NCBI RefSeq assembly: GCF_036588685.1
Contig: NC_086379.1
Location: forward strand, 20,708,001 to 20,772,000
Source: Mytilus trossulus
Lineage: Eukaryota
Reading direction: 5' to 3'
Length of the DNA stretch: 64,000 nt
The translations under genes were made by a program, and so were the position numbers. Shown here piece by piece: positions 1 to 15,700 of the stretch. Position 1 is the first letter of the stretch. The number at the start of each line of letters is the position of its first letter. A model generated the notes under the pieces. It did not search any database and had not been told where the DNA came from. It saw only the letters and a program-made list of their open reading frames with translations.

Positions 1-718
1 AACAGTAAGCTGGATCCGGAATCAGAGACCCCAATGAGAAGCAGTAGGGTTACGTTTCTTTAACAAAAAATAACGGCGCGTTTTATTCAATTTAACATGC
101 ATTTTGAAGTGACATAACTAGATATGCTTTTTATGTTGTAAAATTAATATATCAAGTTGAATTATTTTAGTCGGAAGTACAAATTCGTTTAACATTTTGT
201 TAGGGGCCTAATAAGTTTTTTCCTGACATGTATAAGTCTAGCTCTTCGCTATCTTTTCGTCTTGATGAAAATTTAATGACCCTGTATATAATGTATGAGG
301 TCACTAGCACGCTGTTCAATTAAAAATATGTTGTATTTTTTTCAAATCCTAAATATACTATAAGTTTGTTTAAGAAGGTATATGAAACATTACATTTGCT
401 GTACAGCTTACTCTTTCCCAAGAGAATCCATATACATCTTCGACGTATAATTGATGTTATAAGTGCTGGGAAGTATTATTATTTGATAAAATATGCAGTT
501 TCCTTATGGAACCTCTGCATGGACCGGAATATACATCTCACAGATTTAAACTGAACATTTTACATCCTGTATAATTGAATGTGAAACTGGAGAAAATATT
601 TTCTCTCGGTTTTAGTTTGTAACCCGGATTTGTTTTTTTCTAAATTGATTTATGACTTATGAAAAGCGGTGTGCTACTGTTGCCTTTATCCATCAGTGTA
701 TGTTGACCCAAACAATAA

Positions 719-782
719 ATGACTATGATTGCCGCCTATTGTTTTATACTACATACCTTTGTTATGAGATATGCAAAAGGAG
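719..782 (+). CDS. Receptor exon 1 (signal peptide-like): (MT)MIAAYCFILHTFVMRYAKG
   Basis: ATG at 719 and 725 in frame, a hydrophobic stretch, and a strong G|GTGAGT phase-1 donor matching exon 2. The link rests on a 16 kb intron, so it is less certain. Confidence 0.55.
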
Positions 783-3700
783 GTGAGTCTTTAGAAATAT
801 TTTTTTATTTATATATTTTATTAGTTGAAACACTTCTTTGTCGACCGGAATTATTATTGATATAATCATAACTGTAAATGAGATGTTAAGAGAAACTAGG
901 GTATGTATAGGGATTGATTAACTTAACTGTATAAGGCAATACATTTCTGTTTCCCACAATGCTCCTGAAAGTTGCTGTTTATTTGGCCTTTTCATCCTTT
1001 TTTTTTGTATTACTGATGAGTCGTTTGTAGATGATACGCATGGATCCAGTTATTCATCTCTCGTTTAAATATAACACTTGGTTAAACATAACCTAGAATA
1101 TTTTTTTTAAATGATGTTTCCTGAAGAAGAGTTTAAATTCTGTTGATTAACTTCTTTTGAACTCATCGTTATGTTACCCATGGACATCTGTCTGGACAAA
1201 TAATATGATCACTTATTAAAACAATATCTTTTTACGCGTCTAAATTCTTTTATGAAAAAAAGTACAAAAACAAAGAAGGGTTGGTCGTAGAATTATATTT
1301 GATGACAGATAAATACATATTTAAAGTAAAATATGTTTAATTTTGTTTATTCAATTTGTGTAAATAGTTTTTAAAGGAACCAGGAAGATGACAGTGTGAA
1401 AACAAATTTTGATTGCAAAATGTCTGTGAGAGAGACACTATAAATGTTAATCTCGATGCAAAAAGAGGGAAGGATCGTAGAACACAAAACTAGTTTTACA
1501 CTACTTTTGGTCTATGATAAAGAAAAAAAATGTATTTTATGAAACATTAATTGATTTGAAACAGGGGGTTGTACTTTTGAATTAAAATTTCCTTGAATTA
1601 CATTTAAATTGGGGTTCAAAGCATTGTTTAATAATAATCTTTGAACGAGGGTTGAACAAAGGTGAAATTAAACAAAAAAATGAACAAACGAAAATGACAT
1701 CATTTGATGAATAAACAAGATGCAGCCGTACAAAATTATAATACTATTGAGTGTATTTAAAATTGTTTCACATAAAGGTCAAATATACTCATACGGACAA
1801 TCTAAAAGTTAGACTATTGTGATAATATAATTATCGAAGCGTATATGGAGCTAGGAAGTATTATTAAACATATATAAATGGATTTTCACAAATAAATATT
1901 AATGTTCTAGAAAACTAGCTAAGAACTGAATGAAATGATTAATTTCAATATGTTTTAAAATCCGAAAGTATGTGGGCTTATCTCTTGATATAGTTTTGAA
2001 CAACATTTTTCAACACTATATCTATAAAGAAATATTTTTACGATTGTGGTTATATAGATGTAAGTTTATATTGCATTTTCGTCGAAAAATAATAACTTCT
2101 TCGTATGAGTATAAATATTCTATAAATGAAAAACGAGTCATAGGCTTCTACATTTCTAAATCTATAATTAAACCAAACTAAATTATCTAATAAAAAAAAT
2201 ATATTACGAAATGGAAACATTTTCTATATGCCTTTGTTATTGTTATGGGTTTAATTTCTGACATGGCTACATTTGTATTCATGACTTTAACGATCCAAAA
2301 CTGACCGAAATGAATATTTTTGGACCAAACATGTGACATAATGATTGTATTATGCGGTATCTGCGGGGATTCGATTTATCCCTTTTTGTAGGTTCTACAG
2401 ATGCTCGTAGTTAAATATGTATTGATTAACGCAAAAGCGGAGACATGAATTAAATCATTTCTGCAATTAAATTTACAAATAAGTTGTAGTATGTATTCCA
2501 ATAGCCACTTTGCAAAAGCAGAGTAGCTCCTTTGTGGTTATTAAAGATTTACATGTATAAATCTTCATAATACAATGAATTAATATTTGTAAAGAGAATG
2601 TCTATAAGTGTCAGAAAAGGAAATAGTCGAGTGTAGGTGTTTGTTGGTCAAGTATCAGGAAGTACTAATACTTCTGGAGTGGTGGGCATTACTGTTGACG
2701 TTTGTGGGGTTCTTGATGCGTATTTCAAGTTTGCATCATGAATACTTGGACTCGCTAATATGATATAAGCCTTAAGTTCCTCTGTCGATATTTAATGACA
2801 TAAATTATAAGCACATTAGAAAAAAAGAAATGTTTTACTTTATTTGTGTGACCATAATTAATTAAATTTTACATGAATACATTCGCTATGTATACAGATA
2901 ATGCTCTACGACACTTTACTTGTTTTTTTTTCAAACTATCTTAATCTGATCTGAGCGTCACTGAATTGTCTTATGAAGACGAAACGCGCGTCTGGTGTAT
3001 TAAAGTATAAGACTGGTACCTTTGAAATCTACTTAAATACTCTCGCTATGTTAAAAAATATAATATAACCTTTTACATTATTAAAACACGCTTCCATTCG
3101 GGATAAAGAAAACATGTCAAACTATATTATAAAAATAAGAAAGTATATAAACAGTATTCTACCGATATTCTTCTGACCCAAAATGCAATCGATTGGGAAT
3201 ATATCACCAAAAGTGAAAAGTTAAAACGTCGGGTATTGTATGACGCGTATGTTTTGTAAATAATTTCTTCAATCAACCAATTTGTTAACGTGGCCGTGAG
3301 TCGAGAATTCTGTAATTTTACTAGAAAACTTATCAATTAAATACTGGTACAAATACTTTTACTTTGATATTCACAACACACATACAAATTTAAAAGTTTT
3401 AACAACTTAAAATGGGTGAAGTAGCCTTCGAGGAATTTGAAATAGACAGCATAGTCATACATTTCCGCAAACAATATAAGGATACTAATCATACACATGT
3501 GACATAAACTAAAGACATATATATTTTGAGACTCGAATGATTCTTCTTCTCCTGATTTATTTTTTGTGTGAAATGGTGACAAATGTGTACATTCTATCAT
3601 CTAATCTCCGTACCATAACATTTACAGTTAAGGCAATCATTTTCATTGGTTCGACATCAATGAAACCGATATAAATCTTCTGTGATGTACGGAAATACAT

Positions 3701-6700
3701 ATATGCAAATCTTCCGTGTTATACAAAATGGCATATGACATACATGCAAATATTCCATGAGGTACAAAAAGGTATACATACAGAATTTTTATTAGGTACG
3801 AAAAGTCTTCCATAAAGTACAAAATGATATACTTGTTAATATTTTATGGGTACCAAATGGTCAATACACAAAAGCGTGATATTCCTGACTAGGTATAGGC
3901 ATTTTCAAATGTAAAAAATTGTGGATTAAACCCGGTTTTATAGCGCTAAACCTCTAACTTTGATGATAGTCTCATATTTACAATGATGCGTGAACTAAAA
4001 GAGAGGCGCATGAGGACATTCAAATTCATAGAAAGAAAATAAAATTATAAAATTGCTAAATTACGAAAATGATAAACAGGCAACCAACATAGGAATGTAA
4101 AGACTGAGGGAAGCAAAAAAAAAACAGGGAATGATCTCAAGTTTTCCGGATAGGTAAAGATATCTTGCTCCGATTCAGAATGATCAAATAAGAGGAAAAG
4201 GGGACGGGATTAAAGTTACTTGTTTGGATTTCTTTACTTTTTTTATCTGAGCGTCACTGGTGTGTCTTATGTAGACAAAACTCACGTATGTCACGTTTTA
4301 TTTGTACTGTAGTCCTGTCATGTAACATTGCCATAAAGCGAAAGGTTTGGCTAGCCGCAAAACCAGATTCAATCCACATTTTTTCTTAAAATGTCCTGTA
4401 CCAAGACAGGAAAATGGCAATTGGTATCTTATAACTCGTTTCTGTGTGTGTTGCATTGTCATTTTGGGGTTTTTTCGCACTTAAGTGTTTCTGTTCTTTC
4501 GTAGTTTTCCTCTTATAGTTGATGTGTTTACCTCATTTTTATTTTGTAACCCGAATTTGTTTTCTCTCAATTGATTGATGACTTTCGAACAGCTGTATAC
4601 TACTGTTGCCTTTATTTACGACAAATGGAAGATATAAGCTATCGTATGTTAACAGAATATTGGCATTTTTGGGAAATTGATTTTTTTTTTAGAATACACG
4701 TTCTTCGAACTAACAAATATGTCCTCAATCAAGAAATGCAGCTTCTCAATAATGTCAGTATCAGAGACAAGATACTTGGAATAACTGTTTCACAGATGAT
4801 ATCGTATATTTTCCTTATCACGTAACAAAAAACCCTTCCCTTTTTCCCAATTTGACCGGGTTTGTAATGACATGAGCAACACGACGAATGCCAAATATGG
4901 AACAGGATCGTCTTACCCCTTCGGAGCACCCGAAGTCACCCCCGTTTTTTTTTGGATGGGTTCGTGTTGCTTAGTCCTAAGTTCTCTATTTTGTATCTTT
5001 TGTACTATTTTTTTGTCTTTTTTGTTAGCCATAGCGTTGTATGTTTATTTTCGATCTTTGAGGTTGACTGTCTCTCTGGTATCATCCGCCCCTCTTTTAT
5101 ATTTAGAGTGACATTCCTTTTTGTTAAATAACACATGACCAACTAATCGAATGTGCCTATCTTAGCTTTGAAGCACGGCATAGATCGCTGGTAACATTAA
5201 TGTTAATAAAGGCGTTAGATGTTTCATGGAGCAGTTCGTAATTCCAGCAATATAACGTTGTTTTGCCAGGACACTTTTGTAGTTTAGGTATTCAATACAG
5301 TAATGGAAGATCCATGTCTTCATCTTTGGTTGACATCTTAAAGGAACATAAAACAGGGCTAATACTTCCTCCTTGGTATGTAATGGTGGGTATGAGTTGA
5401 GTTTCAAAGCGAATTGTCGATACCCAATTCATATGTCAATGTCTGTTAAACACAGATACGATGTCTATCTGCGGAGACTGGACAAAATAGCATTACTTGG
5501 TAGAGAGAAAATGAATTTAAACCATGTACACAAAACCATTCCACTTGCCTTTCTAAACTTGTAGTTCAGTACTTTTGTGATTATACTTTTTCGATAAGAC
5601 AAAAAATTCTTAGCCATGTTGTACACGGAAAAACAACACGCACCTGATTTTGTGTGCAAAGTTAAAATGTCCTTGCTATTTCTGAAATGTTAAGAAGGCA
5701 TCCAAAAAAGGCTATTGGTTGGATATGGGGGCTGAGGAAAAACAAAAAAGTTAGCACATTACATTATGTTACAGGTATTACGTAGAATTGTTAAATACTC
5801 AATATGCCATGCTTGAAACACTATTTGATTATTACTTACTTCACCCCAAAACGATAGTTGGAGAATATTTGATTATTTGAATATTTAATTGTACAACATA
5901 CATAACAATTAAATCAAAATGATCTCAAAATTTTTTTAATGCGCTACTGACGAGTCTTATGTAGACGAATGTAGATGGGGGTAAGTTGACAGAATTTTAA
6001 TATTTACATTTACTATACATGTAGGTTAAAGCACCATCTATATTTTTACTGAGATAGTTCATGTGATAGGTAAATATAAATATGATATCAAATAGGTTTT
6101 ATATCATTTATCTATGTCTTCATACGGACAATCAAATATGAAGCTTCAATTATTATCTTGAAAAGATTAAATTTGGAACAGAGGTATAATAAGAAAATAG
6201 ATATGTTTATAAAATGGAATGTCATATCATGTACGTGATACTTGTACACAACATGGATTTTATTTAAATACGTAATTTTCGGTTTATTTCTAAAGTATTA
6301 CGATCATACTTATACGATAGCAAAAGAGATATATGAAGAAAAGATTCTAAATGTTAAAGCCATTGCAATGTAAGTTTAAAATTTCACAGACGATAGACTA
6401 GGATGTTTCAAATACACACCCTCGAAATTTTCCTGATAAACTTCATATTATCATCATTATATATATATTCAATCTTAAATTGAGAGTAAATTATCTGGCC
6501 TTCCAAATACCGTTTAGATCCCTAACATCACTGAAGAGACATATATTGTCGAAATCTAGATCTGGTGTACTAAAGAAATATTGACACCGAATGTTTGTGG
6601 CACAACATCGTAGCCACTAGTTAACAATTTTTTTTTCTGTGACGTATTAAATTTATATTCAAATTCATTTTGTTACATCTTGTGATCAATTTTATTTGGC

Positions 6701-9700
6701 AATCGTCAATGGCAGTCAGCAGGGTTAAAGAACATCAGTTGTTCGACCTGTTAGTCAAATGCGTTTTGTTTAAATATACTTTTTCACGTTTTTGGTCTTT
6801 TGGAAAATGTTGTTTGTGCTGTTTTTAGATCCTTCTACAACGAAATTTGTTTGACATGCACACGTATAAAAATGGCGGTTTTTATCCAACGCAATAATAG
6901 GTTTGAACGTAGTTTTCAATTTAGACTCGTATATATATATATATATATCCAATAGACAAAACCCCAAGATTTGTCTACTGTATGAATTGAAAACAAAACA
7001 TTTGTTTGGTACTCTTTCGAAATATACTTTCGTGCAATACAAATATTTTGCACAAAAATATCATAATTTATATTGCACAAAAGTATATTTCGAAAGAGTA
7101 CGGATTTAATGATTTCTAATAAAAGTATTTTTCATAAAGTGCATTATTTTAACATCTTACCTTTAATTAGTTTTAGAAACAAAAAATCTACAATGAAATA
7201 TGCAAGTGTTTTTTTTGTCAATACCAACCTCCTTATATAACAATAGTCATGTTATTAAAGTAAAATGACACAATAAACACTTAACTGTCTTTGTTCGTGA
7301 GAAAGTAATAGATGAACCGGAAAAAAGCTTTTGTTACTACACTTCTGTATTCAACTTCCCGTATACTGTATGAAAACATGAGAAACCGGAAGAAATAATT
7401 TGATCATTAAATGTAGCAGTGTAGATAACACACTTCTCCAAAAATGATCGATATATTCGCTATCTTGATTATTTACAGTATTGAATATATATACGCAAAT
7501 GGGGGTAGGTATGCGTTTCACATATTCTATATTAATCTTATATCTTGTTTTTCTTTTGTTTTTCTTAATGAGATTATTTATGTGACAGCTCAACAATAAT
7601 TTAATATCTGGCACGTGGTTTTAAGTTATTTCAAGCCTCATGTATATGATGAGTCCATCTATCTTTATAACTGGATAAACAATGAAACGTTAAGCGTCAG
7701 TTATTGTCCGAAAATTTTTATCTTAAAGTAGTAGATGGAGTCATAAAATTTATATTGGTAAATTAATATAATTGCATATGAATATCTAAATGTCCACGTG
7801 CATATATAATTCGTTAAAGTTAACACCTTTTTAAACAAGTTCTATTTTGTTTTTATTCATAATTCTTTTTCTTACCAGTAAGATAGAGAAAAAAAATATA
7901 TAGTTTCTGCATAATCTGGTCGTTGCGAGTATAAATGGGTACAATGTGAAACATTCATTGTACACATGCATTATCCAGATTTAAGTAGGGTCCTTGTTAC
8001 TTAGGCTTTGGTCTTTTATGTTGTGACATGTGTATTTTATCATTTGTTTGTCATTTAATTTTTAGCCAAGGCGTTGTCAGTTTATTTTCGATCAATGACA
8101 TCAAATGTACCTCTGGTATCTTTTGCCCCTCTTTTTTGAAAAATAGGGGTGGTTTTTGGAAATACACTTTGATTTAATAATTTGTAACGAGACAATAGAT
8201 ATAGGAAGATGAGGTGTGAGTGCCAATTAGGCAATTCTCCATCCAAATAACAATCTATAAAAGTAAACCATTATAGGTCAATATACGGCCTGCAACACGG
8301 AGCCTTGGCTCACACCGACCAAAACGCTATAAAGGGTCTCAAAATAACCAACGGGAAAAAAAGAACAAGACAAGCTTGCAATACCAAATAAACTAGATCC
8401 ATATTAAAACCGTTATGAAATGATTAAAACTTTTATAATGAATTCATTGAACAATTATTGAAGTTGGTCGCATATGTACTACTAAATTTAAGATAAAGCT
8501 TATCATAGGTACATGTACAGTTTCGTCAGCTTCATTATCCTACCTTACTTTCTGACATTGACAGTAAACCTTGGATGTGAACAAACCTTTTCAACAAAAG
8601 GGCTGCCTACAATCAGTTTTCCTGTTGTCATTTTTCAATTTCAGTGCATAATTATTCAAGGCAACGGTATTAAAAGTGTCACTTTATAAAGTCTTAAATA
8701 TCTATTCAGAAAGTTGTTCACAATCAAACTTTCTGACGAAGAGTAGTCAGGAAAAAGACGAAGTTTTCTTTAGCGCATTTACCGGACTCGTTTTTTGGTC
8801 GTTGTTGTAAATCATATGAATGACACATATATTCTTTTTATTTAAACGTTTGTTACAGTAACAAAGCACGTCATTTTCTAGTTATTGATTTGCTGATACA
8901 AAGCAAATTGAAATTGAGAATGGAAATGGGGAATGTGTCAAAGAGAAAACAACCCCACCATAGAATAGACAACAGCAGAAGGTCACTAACAGGTCTTCAA
9001 TGTTTTGTTAGATGGTATTTGCCAATTAGGTGTCAGTAACATCGAGTTTACTCAGTACTAGATTTTTTTTGTTGTTGTAAGGGATGTATATGTATAGATA
9101 CCCTACAATGTCCTGTCTGTTTTTTGTGCTAGATTTTTTTCTGATTTTGTACTGTTAAGCCACTGTTCGTGATTATAGTAGGGTTGGCACCTTTGATATT
9201 TTCTATATGTGCCTGTTCGAATTCAGAATCCTGTAGTTCAGTGTTCGTCGTTAGTTCATGTTTATCGTATTTATTGTTCGTAAATAGTTCGTTATACATT
9301 TTGCCTTAGTTTTCATAATGTCGGGTCATATTAAAGTCTATTCCACGGAACGGGTGTTAGTGATTGTTGATTTTGCTAATTGCCTACATTGGTTGAAAAA
9401 CCACTGCATTTGAACTTAGTTGTTTCCTAGATGTTTTTTTGATGAATGATTTATATGTAAACAGTTATGGTGATAGAATACAATTTATAATAATTACCAA
9501 AGCTGGTGTACGTAGTATTATGCTTATCTATATGTCAAACGTGCATTGCCTTCGAAAACTAAAGTTCCGATGAATTTGACATGAAAACGTTTTGAATTAC
9601 TGCAATATCACTATTGTTTCGGAAATGTAAAATAACGAACATTTTAGCCACTATAATAATATTATTTATAACATTAACGGTACACATTTTCCTGCACCAG

Positions 9701-12700
9701 ATGCGCATTTCGACAATACATGTCTCTTCAGTGATGCTCATGGCCAATATTTTTGAAATCCAAAGCTTATTTAAAAGATGAAGAGCTTTAATCCAAAAGG
9801 TCCAAAAAGTATAACCAAATCCGTGTAAGGAATCAGAGCTTTGCATGAGGGAGATACATTCCTTAATTTATAATAATTTTTAACATTTTGTAACAGGAAA
9901 TTTTATTAACACAAACAAGTCTGTATATTCATGCCAGTACCGAAGTACTGGCTACTTGGCTGGTGAAACCCTCGGGGACTAAAATTCTACCAGCAGAAGC
10001 ATCGACCCAGTGGTAGTAATAATATTAACGGTACCAATTTTCCTGCACCAGATGCACATTCCGACAATACATGTCTCTTCAGTGATGCTCGTGGCCATAA
10101 TATTTGAAATGCCAAGCTTTTATAAAAGATGAAGAGCGTATTGAATTAGATTTAAAGATAATTTTCAGTAAAATCTTAACATTCTTGATTTTCTTGTACT
10201 CAGCTTTGTTGGAATGTTTGCTCATAATTTCTCTTCAAATTTGTATATGATTTCGCATTCGTTCTAATCTGGTTATATACTTACTTACTATTGTATCTAT
10301 GGTGACCATAATGTCTTACAAATGGCGTCAAACAGTAGAAATTTGAAGTTTAAATTTGCTGTCTTTGCTTTTTGATTATATAACCCATAACCCAGATATT
10401 CCAAGAAAGGCATTCTGATTCTTTCACGCAGATACTGCTATTATGATATAAATACACAACTCATATGCATCAAAGCAACCAAACAAGTAAGAATATTTTG
10501 ATATTAGAGTGGAGGTATCTAAGCGTTGGGATCTACTCATTGAATATTATTTGAATTTTAAGGAAAACATTATGGATATTATATTCAAAATGAAACATTA
10601 TAGGATTAAACACATTTTTTCTACAGGTTATTGATGTGTAAACCGGGGCGATTAACTCACAAACTGAATAAAAGTCCGAAGAAAAAATGTGTTCTTTTCC
10701 ACCTTAACTTTATGATTTGATCGTCTTCGATTATTAATTTTTAGAGGAAACGCGTGTAAATGACTTTGGTTATCTTAATTTATCTTTTGTTTAATTGACT
10801 TGACTATGTTATTGCATGCACTTGTGGTCTGTCTCATATAACAGATTGGACAGCCATAGTTAACATTTGACTATCAAAACGTTTTTGAAAGACAGTTTGT
10901 GAATAATGCATTTCTGACACGAAAGAAGAAGACAATTTTACCGTTAAAATCTTTAAATGTGTTTGTTTAAAAATATTAAGCCAGAGTTTTTCTGACGATC
11001 AAAATGAAGAAAACTTTTTAACTTTTTACGATACTTTATTCCTGACATGCATAAAATAATTGTGTAGAACCACTGATACTCCATTATTTGTTAAGATAGC
11101 ATAATTGTACGAAAGGGACAACATTGTCTGATAACTCACAAATAATTTATGGATTTAAAATAAGACTATTATTTGCGATTATGTGATAGCATATTTTCAT
11201 ACTCTGACATTTATTTTTATCTAATAGGTTGACATATTCATAAAAAATACAACAATTCTTTATCATACCTTTGGTCTTTGTTTCATTTCCTTTCTATCTG
11301 CCAATATTTGTGTTATCAAAGTGAAATGACATGAAACGCTTCATTGCATTTGTTCCTGGGAAGGTCAGAGATGGACCGGAAAATACCATTTATAAATAGT
11401 GTGCATACAACTTCCTGGTTGTATGAATTTCTTATTAACCGGACGACATATTTTGATATCTGAATGAGGACTAAACACATGTTTCGATTATGTTTGATGT
11501 TTTCTATTGTGTTATTCTTAACACTATTGTACATAGATTTGTAAATGGGGGTAAGTTGACAGAATTTCAATATTTACATATACTATACATGTAGGTTAAA
11601 GCACCATATATATTTTTACTGAGATAGTTCATGTGATAGGTAAATATAAATATGATATCAAATAGGTTTTATATCATTTATCTATGTCTTCATACGGACA
11701 ATCAAATGTGAAGCTTCAATTATTATCTTGAAAATATTAAATTTAGAAAGGAGATATAATAAGAAAATAGATATGTTTATATAAATAGAATGTCATATCA
11801 TGTACTTGGTGCTTGTATACAACATGGATTTTATTTAAATCCGTAATTTTTGGTTTGTTTTTAAAGTATTACGATCATACTTATACGATAGCAAAAAAGA
11901 TATATGAAGAAAAAAGTCTAAATATCAAAGCCATTGCAATATAAGTTTAAAATTTCACAGACGAAGACTAGGAGGTTTTAAATACACGCCCTCGACATTT
12001 TCCTGATAAACTTTATATTATCATCATTATATTGTTTTTAATGGACAAAACCCAAAGATGTGTCTACTGTATCAATTCAAAACACAACATTTTTTTGGTA
12101 CATTCGAAATATACTTTTGTGCAATACATATATATTGAACAAAAATATTTATATATAGTATTAATGTATATTTCGAAAGAGTATCGATTTAATGATTTGT
12201 TTTGAATTGAAATAGTAGACAAATCAAACTACCATACATACGTTCATTTGATTTCTAATAAAAATATTATTTAGAAAGTGCGTTATTTTAACATCTTACA
12301 TTTAATTAGTTTTAGAACCAAAATATTTACAATGAAATATGCAAGTTTTGGTTTTTTTAAACCAACCTCCTTATATATTAATAGTGATCATATTAAAGTA
12401 AAATGACACAATAAACACTTAACTGTCTTTGTTCGTGAGAAAAAAAAATCTTGCTACTACACTTCTATATTCAACTTCCCGTATACTGTATGAAAACATG
12501 GGAAACCGGAAGAAATAATTTGATCATTAAATGTGGATGACACACATTTCCAAAAATGATTGATGTTTTCTTTATCTTGATCCTAAATATTATTGTATAC
12601 AGATATTCAAATGGGGGTAGGTATGCACTTGACATATTCTACATTAATCTTTTTTGGGGGATTATTTTATAATGTGATAATACATGTGATAGATAAACAA

Positions 12701-15700
12701 TAATTTGATATCAGGTGGTTTTTAATGTTATTTTAAGGCTGATTTATATTATGAGTTTATCTATCTATAAATAACCCGATGAGCAATCAAATGGTAAGCG
12801 TCAGTTTTTGTCCGAAAATGGTTATATTAAAGTAGTAGATGGAATCATAAAACAGACAATGGTATATTAATCAAATGCATAGGCAGATCTAAATGTCCTA
12901 GTGCAGAAGCCTTTCAAAATTAAACTCGACACCTGTTAAACAAGTTCTATTTTGTTTACATTTATAATTCTTTTTTGTTGAACGTATTTTCGATTCAACC
13001 CATAAAATAGAGAGAGAACAAAATATATTAACTGCATAAACGGGTCGTGGCGAGTATGAATGTTTACAATGTGAAACATTTATTGTACATATGAATTATC
13101 CAGATTTAGGTAGGGTCCTTGTTACTTAGTCTTTGGCTGTTTTTTCGTGTCTTGTGTACTATATTATGTGTAAAAAGTAAAATCACAAAAATACTGAACT
13201 CAGAGGAAAATCAATTTGGAAAGTCCATAATCACATGGCAAAATCAAAAAACAAAACGCATCAAAAACGAATGGACAAGAACTGTCATATTCCTGACTTG
13301 GTACAGGCATTTTCAAATGTAGAAAATGGTGGATTAAACCTGGTTCTATAGCGCTAACCCTCTCACTTTAATAACAGTCTCATCAAATTCCGTTACATTT
13401 ACATGATGCGTTAAATAAACAGTCACAATCAATAAAATAGTCAAAATATGGGAACATCAGTCATCATCGTATAACAATTTAACAGGACACAACAACATCT
13501 ACTATCTACGAACACATGGATTGATTTGAGTGTCTGACGTCAGAAAAATTATATACGTCACATAAATTTGTCGTTCAATGTGCATACAATAGTTATCAAA
13601 AGTACCTGGATTATAAACAATTTAAAATTTTACATAGGCAATGAGCGCAGACAGGGTTAAAAAATCAAAAGTATGTAAGAATAAATTACAGAAATCGAAC
13701 TAGTCCAAAAGTTATACATAGAATTTATGAGAATCCAAAACTTTTAAAAGGAACAATTTAAACTATATTATGTGTCCGTTTGTCTTTTAATTTTTAGCCA
13801 TGGCGTTGTCAGTTTATTTTCGACCAATGACATTGAATGTACCTCTGGTATCTTTTGTCCCTCTTTTGTGAAATATTGGTGGTTTGTGGAGAAATACTTT
13901 GATATGATAATTAATAACGAGATAAGCATGCAATACCAAATAAACTAGATCCATAACCGTTATGGAATTATTAAAACTTTTATAATGACGTCATTGAACA
14001 ATTATTGAAGTTGGTCGTATATGTACTACTATAGGTACATGTTCAGTTTCATCAGCTTCATTATCTTGCCTAACTTTCTGCCATTGACAGTGTACCTTGG
14101 ATGTGAACAAACCTTTTCCACAAAAGTGCTGCCTACAATCAGTTTTCCTATTGTCATTTTTCAATTTCAGTGCATTTATATTCAAAGCAAGGGTAAATGA
14201 AGTATAACGTTAACTTCATACATATTCTTGAATATCTATTAAGAATATTGTTCACAATCAAACTTTTTAACGAAGAGTAGTCATGACAAAGTTTCTTTAG
14301 CAAATTTTACGGACTCGATTTTGTTTTTTGGCTGTTGTTGCATATCATATGAATTATACATATATTCTTTTTTGTGTTGTCGTTTATTATAGTTACAAAG
14401 GAGGTCGTTTGCTAGTTATTGATTTACTGATACAACGCACATAGGCACATAATGTTTTTTTTTAGATATTATTGCCTTTCAACTAGTTCAGTGTTTGCCG
14501 TTAGTTCATGACTATCGTATTTACTTTTCGTAAATAGTTCGTTATACATTTTGCCCTTTGTTTTCACAATGTCGGGCCATGTGAGAGCCCATTCTACGGA
14601 ACTGGTGATTTTTGTAATTGCCTATAATTGCTTAAAACCTACTACGTTTGACCTTGGTATTCTTACCACATCTCCATATTTTTATGAAGGATGATTTATA
14701 TGTAAACAGTTATGGTGATAAAATTGAGAATGGAAATGGGGAATGTGTCAAAGAGACAATAACCCGACCAAATAAAAAAACAACAGCAGAAGGTCAACAA
14801 CAGGTCTTCAATGTAGCGAGAAATTCCCGCACCCGGAGGCGTCCTTCAGCTGGCTCCTAAACAAATATATACTAGTTCAGTGATAATGAATGCCATACTA
14901 ATTTCCAAATTGTACACAAGAAACTAAAATTAGAATAATACAAGACTAAAAAAGGCTAGAGGCTCCTGACTTGGGACAGGCGCAAAAATGCGGCGGGGTT
15001 AAACATGTTTGTGAGATCTCAACCCTCCCCTATACCTCTAACCAATGTAGAAAAATAAACGCATAACAATACGCACATTAAAATTCAGTTCAAGAGAAGT
15101 CCGAGTCTGATGTCAGAAGATGTAACCAAAGAAAATAAACAAAATGACAATAATACATAAATAACAACAGACTACTAGCAGTTAACTGACATGCCAGCTC
15201 CAGACTTCAATTAAACTGACTGAAAGGTTATGATTTCATCATATGAACATCAGGCACAATCCTTCCCGTTAGGGGTTTAGTATCATACCATCATAACATA
15301 TATGAGAAGAACATAACCCGTGTCATGCCAACAACTGTTTTTAAAATAAATGTGTTTAGTTCCGACGCAAAGACCTTATCAGTGACTCAATATTAACACC
15401 AAAATATGCAATCTTTAATGACTTGACAACAGTATCGTAATTATATCCCTTCTTAATAAGTCACAATTTATGATTATTATCAAAGCTGTTGTACGTAGAA
15501 AGTTAAATCACAAAAAAACTGAACGTAGTAGAAAATCTAATCGGAAAGTCTACAATCACATGGCAACATCAAATAAAAAAACACATCAAAAACAAACGGA
15601 CAAGAACTGTCATATTCCTGACCTGGAACAGGCATTTTCTAACCCTCTCACTTTGATGACAGTCTCATCAAATTCCGTTATATTAACAATGATGCGTGAA

